A stretch of 51,743 nucleotides of DNA from an uncultured Pelagibacteraceae bacterium (GTDB lineage Bacteria; Pseudomonadota; Alphaproteobacteria; Pelagibacterales; Pelagibacteraceae), in NCBI GenBank assembly GCA_902520645.1, contig CABYOP010000001.1:1-51743 (forward strand), given 5' to 3'. The notes under the pieces were generated by a model. The model saw only the letters and a list, made by a program, of their open reading frames with translations, was not told the DNA's origin and ran no database searches. Made by a program: the position numbers and the translations under genes. Of this stretch, positions 40,392 to 49,127 are shown in pieces (positions within the stretch are counted from its first letter, which is position 1; every line of letters starts with the position of its first letter).

Positions 40392-41333
40392 GTGAAAATA
40401 TTAGCAATTCAAAATAAAATGGGCATTGGTGATACGGTAATTTATCTTCCATTTATCAAAGAAATATCCAGAAAGTTTAAATCTCCAGTTAGTTTGCTCA
40501 CAAAAAAAAGTACAAAAGCAGAGGAATTTTTAAATCAAACAACCTATATCGATCAAATAATTTACCAAAAAAAAAATGATGGAATATTAGACTCCATTAA
40601 ATTAGCGGGAGAACTAAATAAATATAATTTTGAAAAAGTTTTTATTTTTAATTCCTCGTTAAGATTTAATTTGATCTCAAGATTGGCAGGTATTAAAAAA
40701 ATTTATCAATATCCCCTATTTGAAAAAAAAAATCAGCATATCATTGATGCTGCAAAAAAATTAATCAAAGATAATTTGGGTATTGAAGTTAATGAAAATC
40801 CTGAAATTCAAATTAACAAAAACTTAATTAGAGAAGCATCTGAAAAGTTAAATATTAAACCAGATGAAATTAATATCCTGCTTGCTATTGGTGGCTCTGG
40901 ACCAACAAAAAGAATTCCTGCAAAAACCTTTTTAGAATTTATGAAAAAAATTAAAAATATGAAAAAATGTAGATTTTTTCTAGCTACTGGTAAGGATGAA
41001 GGTGAACAGAAAATATTAAATGAAATCTTAAATACTGAATTCAAAGACCAATGTGTTGCATTAGACAACTATTCAATTAATGAAACTTTACCATTGATAA
41101 AAAATTGTAATATAGCAATTTGCAATGATACTAGCTTTGCACATTTATCGTCAGCTCTTGGTGTTAAAACTATTACATTAATGGCCGACACTCCTTTAAT
41201 TTATGGATCTTATTCAACAAATATGTATCCAATTATACCTGACGGTATGCAAATGGTCTCTCATAATACATTGGGTAAAGATAAAATAAATTCAGAAAAA
41301 ATAGTCAGTAAATTTATATCAATATTGTCTTAA
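40392..41333 (+). CDS. Glycosyltransferase family 9 (heptosyltransferase-like)
   Basis: GIGDxV, KR-P, ICNDTSFAHLSSALG. Probable GTG start at 40392, because the track start overlaps the dapA-like gene. Confidence 0.87.
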   Translation: MKILAIQNKMGIGDTVIYLPFIKEISRKFKSPVSLLTKKSTKAEEFLNQTTYIDQIIYQKKNDGILDSIKLAGELNKYNFEKVFIFNSSLRFNLISRLAGIKKIYQYPLFEKKNQHIIDAAKKLIKDNLGIEVNENPEIQINKNLIREASEKLNIKPDEINILLAIGGSGPTKRIPAKTFLEFMKKIKNMKKCRFFLATGKDEGEQKILNEILNTEFKDQCVALDNYSINETLPLIKNCNIAICNDTSFAHLSSALGVKTITLMADTPLIYGSYSTNMYPIIPDGMQMVSHNTLGKDKINSEKIVSKFISILS

Positions 41334-41833
41334 GAAATATCTTGAAGAACAATTTCTTTAGCTTCATTTACTATAGTTGATAATCTTGCAGTCTCTGGAG
41401 AGACATCAGGATGAATTTTTTTTTGAATTTTTAAATAAGCTTTATTAACAATTTCTTTAGTAGGTTTATTTGTAATATCTAAATTTAATATTTTATATGC
41501 TTCTGAAACAGATAATGTTGATGAATTATTGCTCATAGATTGATTAAAAGAAAATCTTCCAGAATTTCTTAAAGTTTTAATAAGTCTATAAAGTGAAAGC
41601 ATTTGAATTAAGGACAAACCTTTAAGTTTTACAAGAGCTAGACTTGCTAATGTTAAGGGTAATGTTAGTAAAAATTTTCCTCCAATGGCAAATAATACTG
41701 CGAAAATCACTAATAGTAGAATTGATAGTAATCTTAGTCCCCTTGACATTTTATTAAGAGCAGCATTAGAGAACCATCTTAATAAAAAATATAAAATAAT
41801 TAAAATTAACAGTGTATAAATTATAATATTCAT
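41330..41833 (-). CDS. Membrane-anchored J-domain protein (Pam18/Tim14/TimB-like)
   Basis: N-terminal hydrophobic segments; C-terminal EAYKILNL...KIHPDV...NEAKEIV truncated J domain with HPD. Confidence 0.82.
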   Translation of the reverse strand: MNIIIYTLLILIILYFLLRWFSNAALNKMSRGLRLLSILLLVIFAVLFAIGGKFLLTLPLTLASLALVKLKGLSLIQMLSLYRLIKTLRNSGRFSFNQSMSNNSSTLSVSEAYKILNLDITNKPTKEIVNKAYLKIQKKIHPDVSPETARLSTIVNEAKEIVLQDIS

Positions 41834-41849
41834 ATATTTCCTAGAGCAA

Positions 41850-43925
41850 ATGAAAGTACCATATCTAAAAAAAAAACCAGAGATAAAATCTTGTCACAAT
41901 GTCGAGTGGGAAGATAATTATAGCTGGATACATCAGAAAAATATCTTAGAAGTTTTAATAGATAAATCTAAATTAGACCCTGAAGTAAAAAAATATTTAG
42001 ATCAAGAAAATTCTTATGCAGAGTATTATTTAAAAGACACTAAAAAATTACAAAAAAAATTATTTGATGAAATCAAGGGAAGAATAAAATTAGATGATGA
42101 GTCTTTGCCTTATAAAGATCATACTTATGAATATTGGACAAAAACAACAGCTAAAGGAAATTATTCAATTAAACTTAGAAAAAAAATTGGAACAAGTAAA
42201 GTTGAGGAAATTTGGAATGGAGATAAGGAAAAAGAACAACTTAAAACTGAGTACTTTGGTGTTGGTGACTTAGAGGTAAGTAACAACGATAAATATCTTG
42301 GCTATTCATTAGACCTCAAAGGTTCTGAATATTACACTATTCGTATTAGGGATATAAAATCAAATAAAATTATTTCTAAGGAAATTACAGAAACATCTGG
42401 GGGAATTACTTTTAGTTTAGATGATAAATATATCTTTTACTCAAAACTAGATAAAAATCACAGAGCAAGAAAAATTTATAGACACGAGATAGGAAATTTT
42501 AAAGATAAAGATAAGTTAATTTTTGAAGAAAAAAGTGAGGCTTTTACAGTTAGCATTGGATTAAGTTCAGACGAAAAGTATTATTTTATAAATACATCTG
42601 ATCATAACACCTCAGAACAATACTATTTTAATGTAGATGAATCACACCCTCTTCCAAAACTCATAATGAAAAGAGATAGAGGTGTTCTATACTCAACAAG
42701 CTCATGGGATGGCAAATTTTATAATCATACAAATAAAAATGCAGAAGATTTTAAAATTGACATTACAGATAGTTTGGAAAAACAAGACTGGAAACCTTTC
42801 ATTTTACCTAAGAAAGAAGTTTTAATAGGAGGTCTAACTTTTCTAAAAAATTGGATTATTAGATCTGAAACATCTAATGCTTTAGATAAATTATTTGTTA
42901 GAAATATTTCTACAAATATTGAACAAGAGTTAATATTTTCTGATGAAACTATATATGTTCCTGGAGTATCACTTGTTCAAAGAGATAGGGATACAGATGA
43001 AATTTATCTTGGATATTCTTCACCTAAAACACCTTCGAGAGTTTATAAGTATAATTTATCTAATAAATCCAAAATTCTTGTTAAAGAGCAAGAGATTCCA
43101 TCAGGACACGACCCAGAAAATTATATTGTGGAAAGAGTGGAATTCAAATCACATGATGGAAGATTAGTTCCATTAACAATTACACGTCATAAAAAAACAA
43201 AAACAGATGGGTCTGCAAACTTACTCCTTTATGGTTATGGGTCTTATGGAAATTCTATGAGCCCAAGTTTTTCATCAACAAGATTAAGTTTAATAGATAG
43301 AGATATCATTTGGGCAACTGCCCATATAAGAGGTGGCATGGAAAAAGGAATGAAGTGGTGGAAAGAAGGAAAACTAACTAACAAAAAAAATACTTTTGAG
43401 GATTATATTCATGCAGGTAAGTATTTAATAGAGAATAATTATACCTCTAAGGGTAAAATCATTGGCATGGGTGGGTCAGCAGGTGGATTACTTATGGGCG
43501 CAGTTGTAAATCAGTCTCCAGATTTATTTTTAGGGATTATAATGGCTGTACCTTTTGTTGACTCATTAACAACAAATCTAGATCATTCTTTGCCTTTAAC
43601 AGTTGGAGAGTTTGATGAATTTGGAAATGCGAAAGATAACAAAGAACACTTTGATTATATTTTTTCATATGCCCCGTACAATAATATTAAAAAAGCAGAT
43701 TATCCTCACATGTTGATAACAACTAGTTTAAGTGATAATCGAGTTTTGTTTGATGAGCCTGCGAAATTTACAGCAAAATTAAGAGAATATAAAACTGATA
43801 ATAATTTGCTTTTACTAAAAACTGAAATGAATGCAGGTCATGGTGGTAAATCTGGTCGAGATGGTGCCATTGAAGAAATTGCAATTGACTATGCGTTCGC
43901 ACTAAAAATCTCAAAAAAAATCTGA
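41850..43925 (+). CDS. ptrB: Oligopeptidase B (S9A)
   Basis: LYGYGSYG, HIRGG, KKNTFED, GGSAGG nucleophile, DNRV, AGHGG. Confidence 0.95.
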   Translation: MKVPYLKKKPEIKSCHNVEWEDNYSWIHQKNILEVLIDKSKLDPEVKKYLDQENSYAEYYLKDTKKLQKKLFDEIKGRIKLDDESLPYKDHTYEYWTKTTAKGNYSIKLRKKIGTSKVEEIWNGDKEKEQLKTEYFGVGDLEVSNNDKYLGYSLDLKGSEYYTIRIRDIKSNKIISKEITETSGGITFSLDDKYIFYSKLDKNHRARKIYRHEIGNFKDKDKLIFEEKSEAFTVSIGLSSDEKYYFINTSDHNTSEQYYFNVDESHPLPKLIMKRDRGVLYSTSSWDGKFYNHTNKNAEDFKIDITDSLEKQDWKPFILPKKEVLIGGLTFLKNWIIRSETSNALDKLFVRNISTNIEQELIFSDETIYVPGVSLVQRDRDTDEIYLGYSSPKTPSRVYKYNLSNKSKILVKEQEIPSGHDPENYIVERVEFKSHDGRLVPLTITRHKKTKTDGSANLLLYGYGSYGNSMSPSFSSTRLSLIDRDIIWATAHIRGGMEKGMKWWKEGKLTNKKNTFEDYIHAGKYLIENNYTSKGKIIGMGGSAGGLLMGAVVNQSPDLFLGIIMAVPFVDSLTTNLDHSLPLTVGEFDEFGNAKDNKEHFDYIFSYAPYNNIKKADYPHMLITTSLSDNRVLFDEPAKFTAKLREYKTDNNLLLLKTEMNAGHGGKSGRDGAIEEIAIDYAFALKISKKI

Positions 43926-43929
43926 TTTT

Positions 43930-43963
43930 CTAATCTTGAAATATCAAAAGTAATTCCTAAATA
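43930..43963 (+). promoter_or_regulatory. Putative RpoH (sigma32) promoter of hsp20
   Basis: CTTGAA (43935-43940), 15-nt spacer, CCTAAAT (43956-43962); shares the 14-mer CTAATCTTGAAATA with the groES promoter. Confidence 0.72.
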
Positions 43964-43969
43964 ATACAT

Positions 43970-44028
43970 GTAAGTCGCCTAATGGGGCTTACTAAATATA
44001 AACTTGCTTTACAAAGGAGGATATTATG
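43970..44028 (+). promoter_or_regulatory. ROSE-like RNA thermometer in the hsp20 5' UTR
   Basis: Hairpin 1 GTAAGTC-g-CC-taat-GG-GGCTTAC (43970-43992). Hairpin 2 CTTGCTT-taca-AAGGAG (44003-44019) pairs the UUGCU motif, with a bulged G, against the Shine-Dalgarno. Confidence 0.62.
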
Positions 44029-44472
44029 ACAAGTAAGGATCTATCTATATTTAACTCACTAAGACCGTTTTCAATAGGTTTTGACGATATGTTTGATCAA
44101 TTTGAAAATATGTTAGGAAACGGAAATTTGACAATGCAGTCAAATTACCCACCTTACAACATTCGAAAAACAGGTAAAGACAACTATGCAATTGAGGTTG
44201 CTTTGGCTGGCTTTAGTAAAAAAGATGTTGAAGTTGAGTTCGAGGATAATTTATTAACAGTTAGAACTAAACAAGTTAATAAATCTGATAACAGTGATGT
44301 TGATGGAGAAATCATTCATAAAGGTATTTCTCAAAGACAATTTGCAAGATCATTCACTATTGCTGATGATGTAAAAGTAAATGGTGCTGAGCTAAAGGAT
44401 GGTCTTTTAACAATATCTTGTGAAAGAATTATTCCAGAACATAAAAAGAAAAAACTTATAGAAATTAAATAA
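44026..44472 (+). CDS. ibpA: Small heat shock protein Hsp20/IbpA
   Basis: IGFD, NYPPYNI, IEVALAGF, HKGISQRQFARSF, LKDGLL. Confidence 0.93.
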   Translation: MTSKDLSIFNSLRPFSIGFDDMFDQFENMLGNGNLTMQSNYPPYNIRKTGKDNYAIEVALAGFSKKDVEVEFEDNLLTVRTKQVNKSDNSDVDGEIIHKGISQRQFARSFTIADDVKVNGAELKDGLLTISCERIIPEHKKKKLIEIK

Positions 44473-44482
44473 GTTTAACCTT

Positions 44483-44513
44483 ACTTGCGGGGATTTTTAT
44501 CCTCGCAAGTTTG
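44483..44513. terminator. Hairpin terminator between the convergent hsp20 and lipoprotein genes
   Basis: ACTTGCGGGGAT-tttt-ATCCTCGCAAGT inverted repeat with one G-U pair. Confidence 0.8.
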
Positions 44514-44515
44514 AT

Positions 44516-44821
44516 TTAAAAGCATCCATTGGATACAAAACCAACAACAATATTTTCTGAATTTATTTCAAATCTTCGTTCACAAGGTATCAAGTATTTT
44601 TTTGTGTTATATACAAACTCCAAATTACCTTTGGCATTTTTAAAATCCTCATCAGGTTTTCCTAATTCCATTTGAAGTTTGCTTGAAGATTTTCCAATAA
44701 ATTCGCTTAATTTTTCATTCTCTTTTTCTACAATTGCATCTGTTTTTTGTTTGACTGTTTGACAGCCAGCAATTGTCATAGATAAAATTATAGTTATAAA
44801 AATAATTCTAAATTTGAACAT
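44516..44821 (-). CDS. Hypothetical lipoprotein
   Basis: Signal peptide with IAGC lipobox; LGKPD...FVY...C...C in the mature part. Confidence 0.75.
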   Translation of the reverse strand: MFKFRIIFITIILSMTIAGCQTVKQKTDAIVEKENEKLSEFIGKSSSKLQMELGKPDEDFKNAKGNLEFVYNTKKYLIPCERRFEINSENIVVGFVSNGCF

Positions 44822-44946
44822 TTATTTAATATAAAACCTAATTATGGCATAAATATAAACTTCCAAGTTGAATGTTGTGAATAAATAGAGGTTTATTGAA
44901 GAAATAATCAATAGAATCAAATATGTCTGCAGTATTAGGAGGACAA

Positions 44947-46257
44947 ATGCTTGATAATTATTTTAATTACAAAAAACACAATACAAATTTTAAAACAGAA
45001 GTAATAGCAGGAACTACTACGTTTTTGACTATGGCATACATAATGTTTTTAAATCCATTTATCTTATCGGGAGAGTTTGCCGGACCCGAAAAAGGTTTCT
45101 TTGATTTCGGCGCAGTTTATACAGCAACAATATTAGCAACGGCTTTAGCTTGTTTCATAATGGCCTTTTATGGAAAAACTTGGCCTATCGGTCTTGCTCC
45201 GGGTATGGGTATTAATGCGTTCGTTGCTTTTGGAGTTTGTGCTGGTATGGGATACACTCCTCAAGAAGCTTTAGGCGCAGTCTTAGTTGCAGGGGTATTG
45301 TTCTTAATCATATCTCTTACTCCGATAAGAGCGTGGTTAATTAACTCAATACCAAAAAGTTTAAAATTGGGAATAGGTGCAGGAATAGGATTATTCCTCG
45401 CAATTATTGGTCTTCAAATTATGGAAGTTGTTGTAGACAATCCCGTTACGTTAGTCCAACTCGGTAATCTAGGTGATCCATTAGTTCTATTAGGATGTGC
45501 AACGTTTATAGCAATTATTGTTTTAGATAAAATGAATGTTAAAGGAAATATTATTATAGGAATTTTAGCGTTCAGTATAATTGCATGGGCAACTGGCCTT
45601 GCAAAATTTAATGGAATTGCAAGCTCACCTCCTCCAATGACATATCTTTTTGAATTTGATTTATCTGCTGCAATGACTGCAGGAATGTCCACAGTAATAT
45701 TTACATTATTGTTTATTGATTTTTTTGATACTGCTGGAACTTTAACTTCTGTAGCTAACGTAGCTGGAAAAGTTGGTAAAGATGGAAAAGTAAAGGATAT
45801 TAATAAAGCTATGTTGTCTGATAGTGTTGGAACTGTAGCTGGAGCAATGATGGGTACAACAACTGTAACCAGTTATGTCGAGTCTGGTGCTGGTGTCAAA
45901 GCTGGTGGAAAAACTGGAATGACTTCTTTAGTAATTGGATTGTTGTTCTTAGCATGTATATTTTTTGCACCACTTGCAACTAGTCTACCTAAGCAAATTG
46001 ATGGTGCTGCCCTTCTCTTTGTGTCTGTTCTTTTCATAAGAAATATTACAGATATTGAGTGGAATGATATATCAGAGTCAGCTCCTGCAATTCTAGCAAT
46101 GATAGCTATGCCATTAACTTATAGTATAAGTAATGGAATTGCCTTGGCATTTGTTTCCTATGCTTTAATAAAAATATTTACTGGAAAGTTTTCAAGCACT
46201 TCTCCGGCAATATGGGTAATTGCAATACTTAGTGTTGTAAGTTTTGCAGTTAGCTAA
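44947..46257 (+). CDS. NCS2/AzgA-type purine (adenine/guanine/hypoxanthine) permease
   Basis: EVIAGTTTFLTMAYI, APGMG, FFDTAGT, TSYVESGAG, PLTYSISNG. ATG at 44947 with AGGAGG Shine-Dalgarno. Confidence 0.92.
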   Translation: MLDNYFNYKKHNTNFKTEVIAGTTTFLTMAYIMFLNPFILSGEFAGPEKGFFDFGAVYTATILATALACFIMAFYGKTWPIGLAPGMGINAFVAFGVCAGMGYTPQEALGAVLVAGVLFLIISLTPIRAWLINSIPKSLKLGIGAGIGLFLAIIGLQIMEVVVDNPVTLVQLGNLGDPLVLLGCATFIAIIVLDKMNVKGNIIIGILAFSIIAWATGLAKFNGIASSPPPMTYLFEFDLSAAMTAGMSTVIFTLLFIDFFDTAGTLTSVANVAGKVGKDGKVKDINKAMLSDSVGTVAGAMMGTTTVTSYVESGAGVKAGGKTGMTSLVIGLLFLACIFFAPLATSLPKQIDGAALLFVSVLFIRNITDIEWNDISESAPAILAMIAMPLTYSISNGIALAFVSYALIKIFTGKFSSTSPAIWVIAILSVVSFAVS

Positions 46258-46266
46258 ACAATCTTC

Positions 46267-46293
46267 AATAGGGCTAGGAAACTAGCCCTGTTT
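46267..46293. terminator. Hairpin terminator between the convergent permease and PRTase genes
   Basis: AATAGGGCTAG-gaaa-CTAGCCCTGTT stem with a GNRA tetraloop. Confidence 0.85.
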
Positions 46294-46827
46294 CTAATTT
46301 CTTTTAATAATTTCACTTATAGTTAATTCTTCGTAATGCTCGGTTGGTTGCACTATCCAAGGATCAGACTCCAATCTAACAGGGCAAAAGTCTGGTTCAA
46401 ATGTTGAAGATTTTTTTTTCCACAAACAAGCTGTTTTCACCTCTTTAATAAAATCTTTAGTTTGAGGATAATTTTGAAGCCATTCAATGCTCTTATTTAA
46501 AGTTAATCCAGTATCAGAAAGATCGTCTATTAATAGTACTCTCTGAAAATCTTTGTTTTCAGCTAAAGAACTTATTTCTCTTGCAAACATTAATTGCCCT
46601 TGTTGGTCTTCCATTCCTTTTCCTGAATAACTTTGAATTACAATGTAGGCTATTGGTAATTTTAGTATTCTTGAGAGAATATCTAATATTGGCGCTGCAC
46701 CTCTCATAATACCAACAAGAACTGTAGGTTTATATTCTTTATGAATTTGTATTGCTAATTTCTCAACTATTTTTATATATTCCTCAAAAGAGACAATTAA
46801 TTTATCAGCCATGAAATTTACTATCAT
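46294..46827 (-). CDS. Purine phosphoribosyltransferase (Gpt/Hpt-like, type I PRT)
   Basis: VGIMRG, SY, PRPP motif VLLIDDLSDTGLT, WIVQP. The start may be the ATG at 46812. Confidence 0.85.
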   Translation of the reverse strand: MIVNFMADKLIVSFEEYIKIVEKLAIQIHKEYKPTVLVGIMRGAAPILDILSRILKLPIAYIVIQSYSGKGMEDQQGQLMFAREISSLAENKDFQRVLLIDDLSDTGLTLNKSIEWLQNYPQTKDFIKEVKTACLWKKKSSTFEPDFCPVRLESDPWIVQPTEHYEELTISEIIKRN

Positions 46828-46855
46828 AACTAAAATAATTTAAAAAGGAGAAATC

Positions 46856-47152
46856 ATGAAAGCTTACTGGATAAGTGTTTATAAAGAAGTTGAAAACCAA
46901 GAAAATTTAAAAAAATATGCTGAGGTGGTGACTCCTATAATAAAGAGTTTTGGAGGAATTCCTCTCGTAAGAGGAGGAAAACACATAACTTATGATGGAG
47001 ATGATTTTATAAGAACTGTTATTTGGGAATTTCCAAATTATGAAAAAGCAATAGAATGTCATAATTCTAAAGAATATTTAGATGGCTGGAATATTGCAAA
47101 AAGTACAACTACTAGACATATGCAAATAGTCGAGGGTTTTAGTATTGAATAG
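46856..47152 (+). CDS. DUF1330 family protein
   Basis: KAYWI, FGGxxLVRGG, EFP...A..C.NS.EY; strong AAGGAG Shine-Dalgarno. Confidence 0.87.
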   Translation: MKAYWISVYKEVENQENLKKYAEVVTPIIKSFGGIPLVRGGKHITYDGDDFIRTVIWEFPNYEKAIECHNSKEYLDGWNIAKSTTTRHMQIVEGFSIE

Positions 47153-47774
47153 GCTCTGGATCTATACTTCTCCATAAATACCAAGTTGCAACTGAACAAT
47201 AAGGTGAGAATTTTTTATTCAATAATTTTACATAATTTTCTGGTGGTAAATATTTTTTATTATAGTTTTTTGAAATCGCTCTTAATAGACCGATATCTTG
47301 AATTGGCCAAATATTTGGGCGATTGTAAGTAAATAATAAAATCATCTCTGCAGACCATCTTCCAATTTGTCTTAATTCAGACAGATAAATTATAGCCTCC
47401 TCGTCAGACATGTTGGGAATGAGTTTTGGATTAAATGTTTTATCAATCACTTGTTTGGCTAAACTTTTAATACCTTTTACTTTTTGCCTACTTAGACCAC
47501 AGCTTTTCAGTTGGGAAGTTGTTAACTTATTAACTATCTTTGCTGTAATTTTATTTTGACATTTTTTTTTAAATTTTAAAAAAACTGAATTAGCAGCAGC
47601 TACACTAATCTGTTGGCCAATAATACTCTTACATAGTGAAAAAAAAACATCTTTTCTAGAAGTTAAAATTGTCTCTGAAGGAGACTTATACTTTTTTATT
47701 AAAGCAGACATTGTTTTATCCTTCATAGATAAATATTTTTTTGCTGTATTCCAATATCTTGGGGAATTACTCAT
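47139..47774 (-). CDS. DNA-3-methyladenine glycosylase (AlkA/HhH-GPD family)
   Basis: SIIGQQIS, GLSRQK, IGRWSAEM, WPxxDIGL, PYCSVATWYLW. Confidence 0.9.
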   Translation of the reverse strand: MSNSPRYWNTAKKYLSMKDKTMSALIKKYKSPSETILTSRKDVFFSLCKSIIGQQISVAAANSVFLKFKKKCQNKITAKIVNKLTTSQLKSCGLSRQKVKGIKSLAKQVIDKTFNPKLIPNMSDEEAIIYLSELRQIGRWSAEMILLFTYNRPNIWPIQDIGLLRAISKNYNKKYLPPENYVKLLNKKFSPYCSVATWYLWRSIDPEPIQY

Positions 47775-48648
47775 GTTGTGAAACTGATAGTCTTTTTTTT
47801 AAAGTCATTTCTCTTCTAAAAATTATAAATGAAGATACAATAACTAATAAAGCACCCATTAATGTTTTAAACGTTGGAACTTCACTCCAAATAAAATATC
47901 CAAATATTATAGCAAAGACCAAAGCTAAATATTTTAGAGGTGTTACTAAACTTACTTCAGAATATTTATAAGATTGGGACAACCATAAATTCGCAAGACC
48001 TCCTAAAATTCCTACCATAGATAATAGAAATAGATCTAAGAAATTAGGCATAACCCACCCCTGAAACAAAGATAAAAGACCTAAAATTGATATTGAGAAA
48101 GAAAAGAAAAAACTTATCAACCATACCGGTTCTGTTGTTGATAATTTTCTTATTGCTATAGCAACATATGATAAACCCAAACAAAAAATTATTGGGTATA
48201 TGTAGTAAAAATTTAAAGAACTAAAGCCAGGCTCTGTAATAACAATTATTCCAATAAAACCTACTAAGACAGCTAACCACCTATATAAACCAACTTTTTC
48301 ATTTAATAAAAATATTGAAAATATTGTAGTAAATATTGGTGCAGCGAAAGAAATGCTTACCACCGTTGCTAACGGCAAATTTCTTAAAGCTATAAAAATT
48401 GAAACTAAAGCAATTAAACCTGATAAGCATCTCTTAAAATGAAGAAAAGGCCTTGTTGTTTTGTAAAAATCTAAAAATCTATCCCTAGGAATAAGAAATA
48501 GAATTGGAATTATTCCACAAAAGCCTCTGAAAAATAAAACTTGCCCAACAGGATATGCATCAGACCACTTTACCAATACGTCCATTAGTGAGAAGGCACA
48601 TACAGAAATGAACATGTAGAAAAAGCCTAATTGATTTTTTGACAGCAT
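47767..48648 (-). CDS. DMT/EamA family transporter
   Basis: Ten hydrophobic segments; LLNEKVGLYRW, VSLVTPLKY, WSEVP. Confidence 0.9.
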   Translation of the reverse strand: MLSKNQLGFFYMFISVCAFSLMDVLVKWSDAYPVGQVLFFRGFCGIIPILFLIPRDRFLDFYKTTRPFLHFKRCLSGLIALVSIFIALRNLPLATVVSISFAAPIFTTIFSIFLLNEKVGLYRWLAVLVGFIGIIVITEPGFSSLNFYYIYPIIFCLGLSYVAIAIRKLSTTEPVWLISFFFSFSISILGLLSLFQGWVMPNFLDLFLLSMVGILGGLANLWLSQSYKYSEVSLVTPLKYLALVFAIIFGYFIWSEVPTFKTLMGALLVIVSSFIIFRREMTLKKRLSVSQHE

Positions 48649-48682
48649 AGAGATAACTTTAAATTAATTAGGTTAATTATCA

Positions 48683-49126
48683 ATGGAAATAGCAATTTTA
48701 GGATTAGGATGTTTTTGGGGACCAGAAATTAAGTTTAGTAAACTTGATGGAGTTATTAAAACTGAAGTTGGCTATTGTGGTGGTCATAATGCAGAAACAA
48801 CTTACAAAGAAGTATGTACTGGTTCAACAAATCATGCAGAGGTGGTTAAATTAGATTTCGATCCAAAAATAATATCTTACGATAAAATCCTTGAATTTTT
48901 TTTTGAAATTCATGACCCAACAACTCTTAATTCTCAAGGTCCAGATTTTGGTACACAATATAGAAGTGAAATTTTTTATTTAAATGATAACCAGAAAGTA
49001 ACTGCAGAAAATATAATAAATAAAGAAAACGAAAGACTTTCTGGAAAAGTTGTAACTAAATTATCGCAAGTAAAAAATTATTGTGTAGCTGAAGAATACC
49101 ACCAAAGATATTTAGAAAAAAGATAG
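48683..49126 (+). CDS. msrA: Peptide-methionine (S)-S-oxide reductase
   Basis: GCFWG, GYxGG, HAEVV, HDPT, GTQYRS, AEEYHQRY. Confidence 0.96.
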   Translation: MEIAILGLGCFWGPEIKFSKLDGVIKTEVGYCGGHNAETTYKEVCTGSTNHAEVVKLDFDPKIISYDKILEFFFEIHDPTTLNSQGPDFGTQYRSEIFYLNDNQKVTAENIINKENERLSGKVVTKLSQVKNYCVAEEYHQRYLEKR

Positions 49127-49127
49127 A

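Noticed and set aside
44822-44946. Possible purine riboswitch upstream of the NCS2 permease
   Set aside because: No purine-riboswitch core (three-way junction with its conserved joining sequences) is visible, and the region is too AT-rich to support it.
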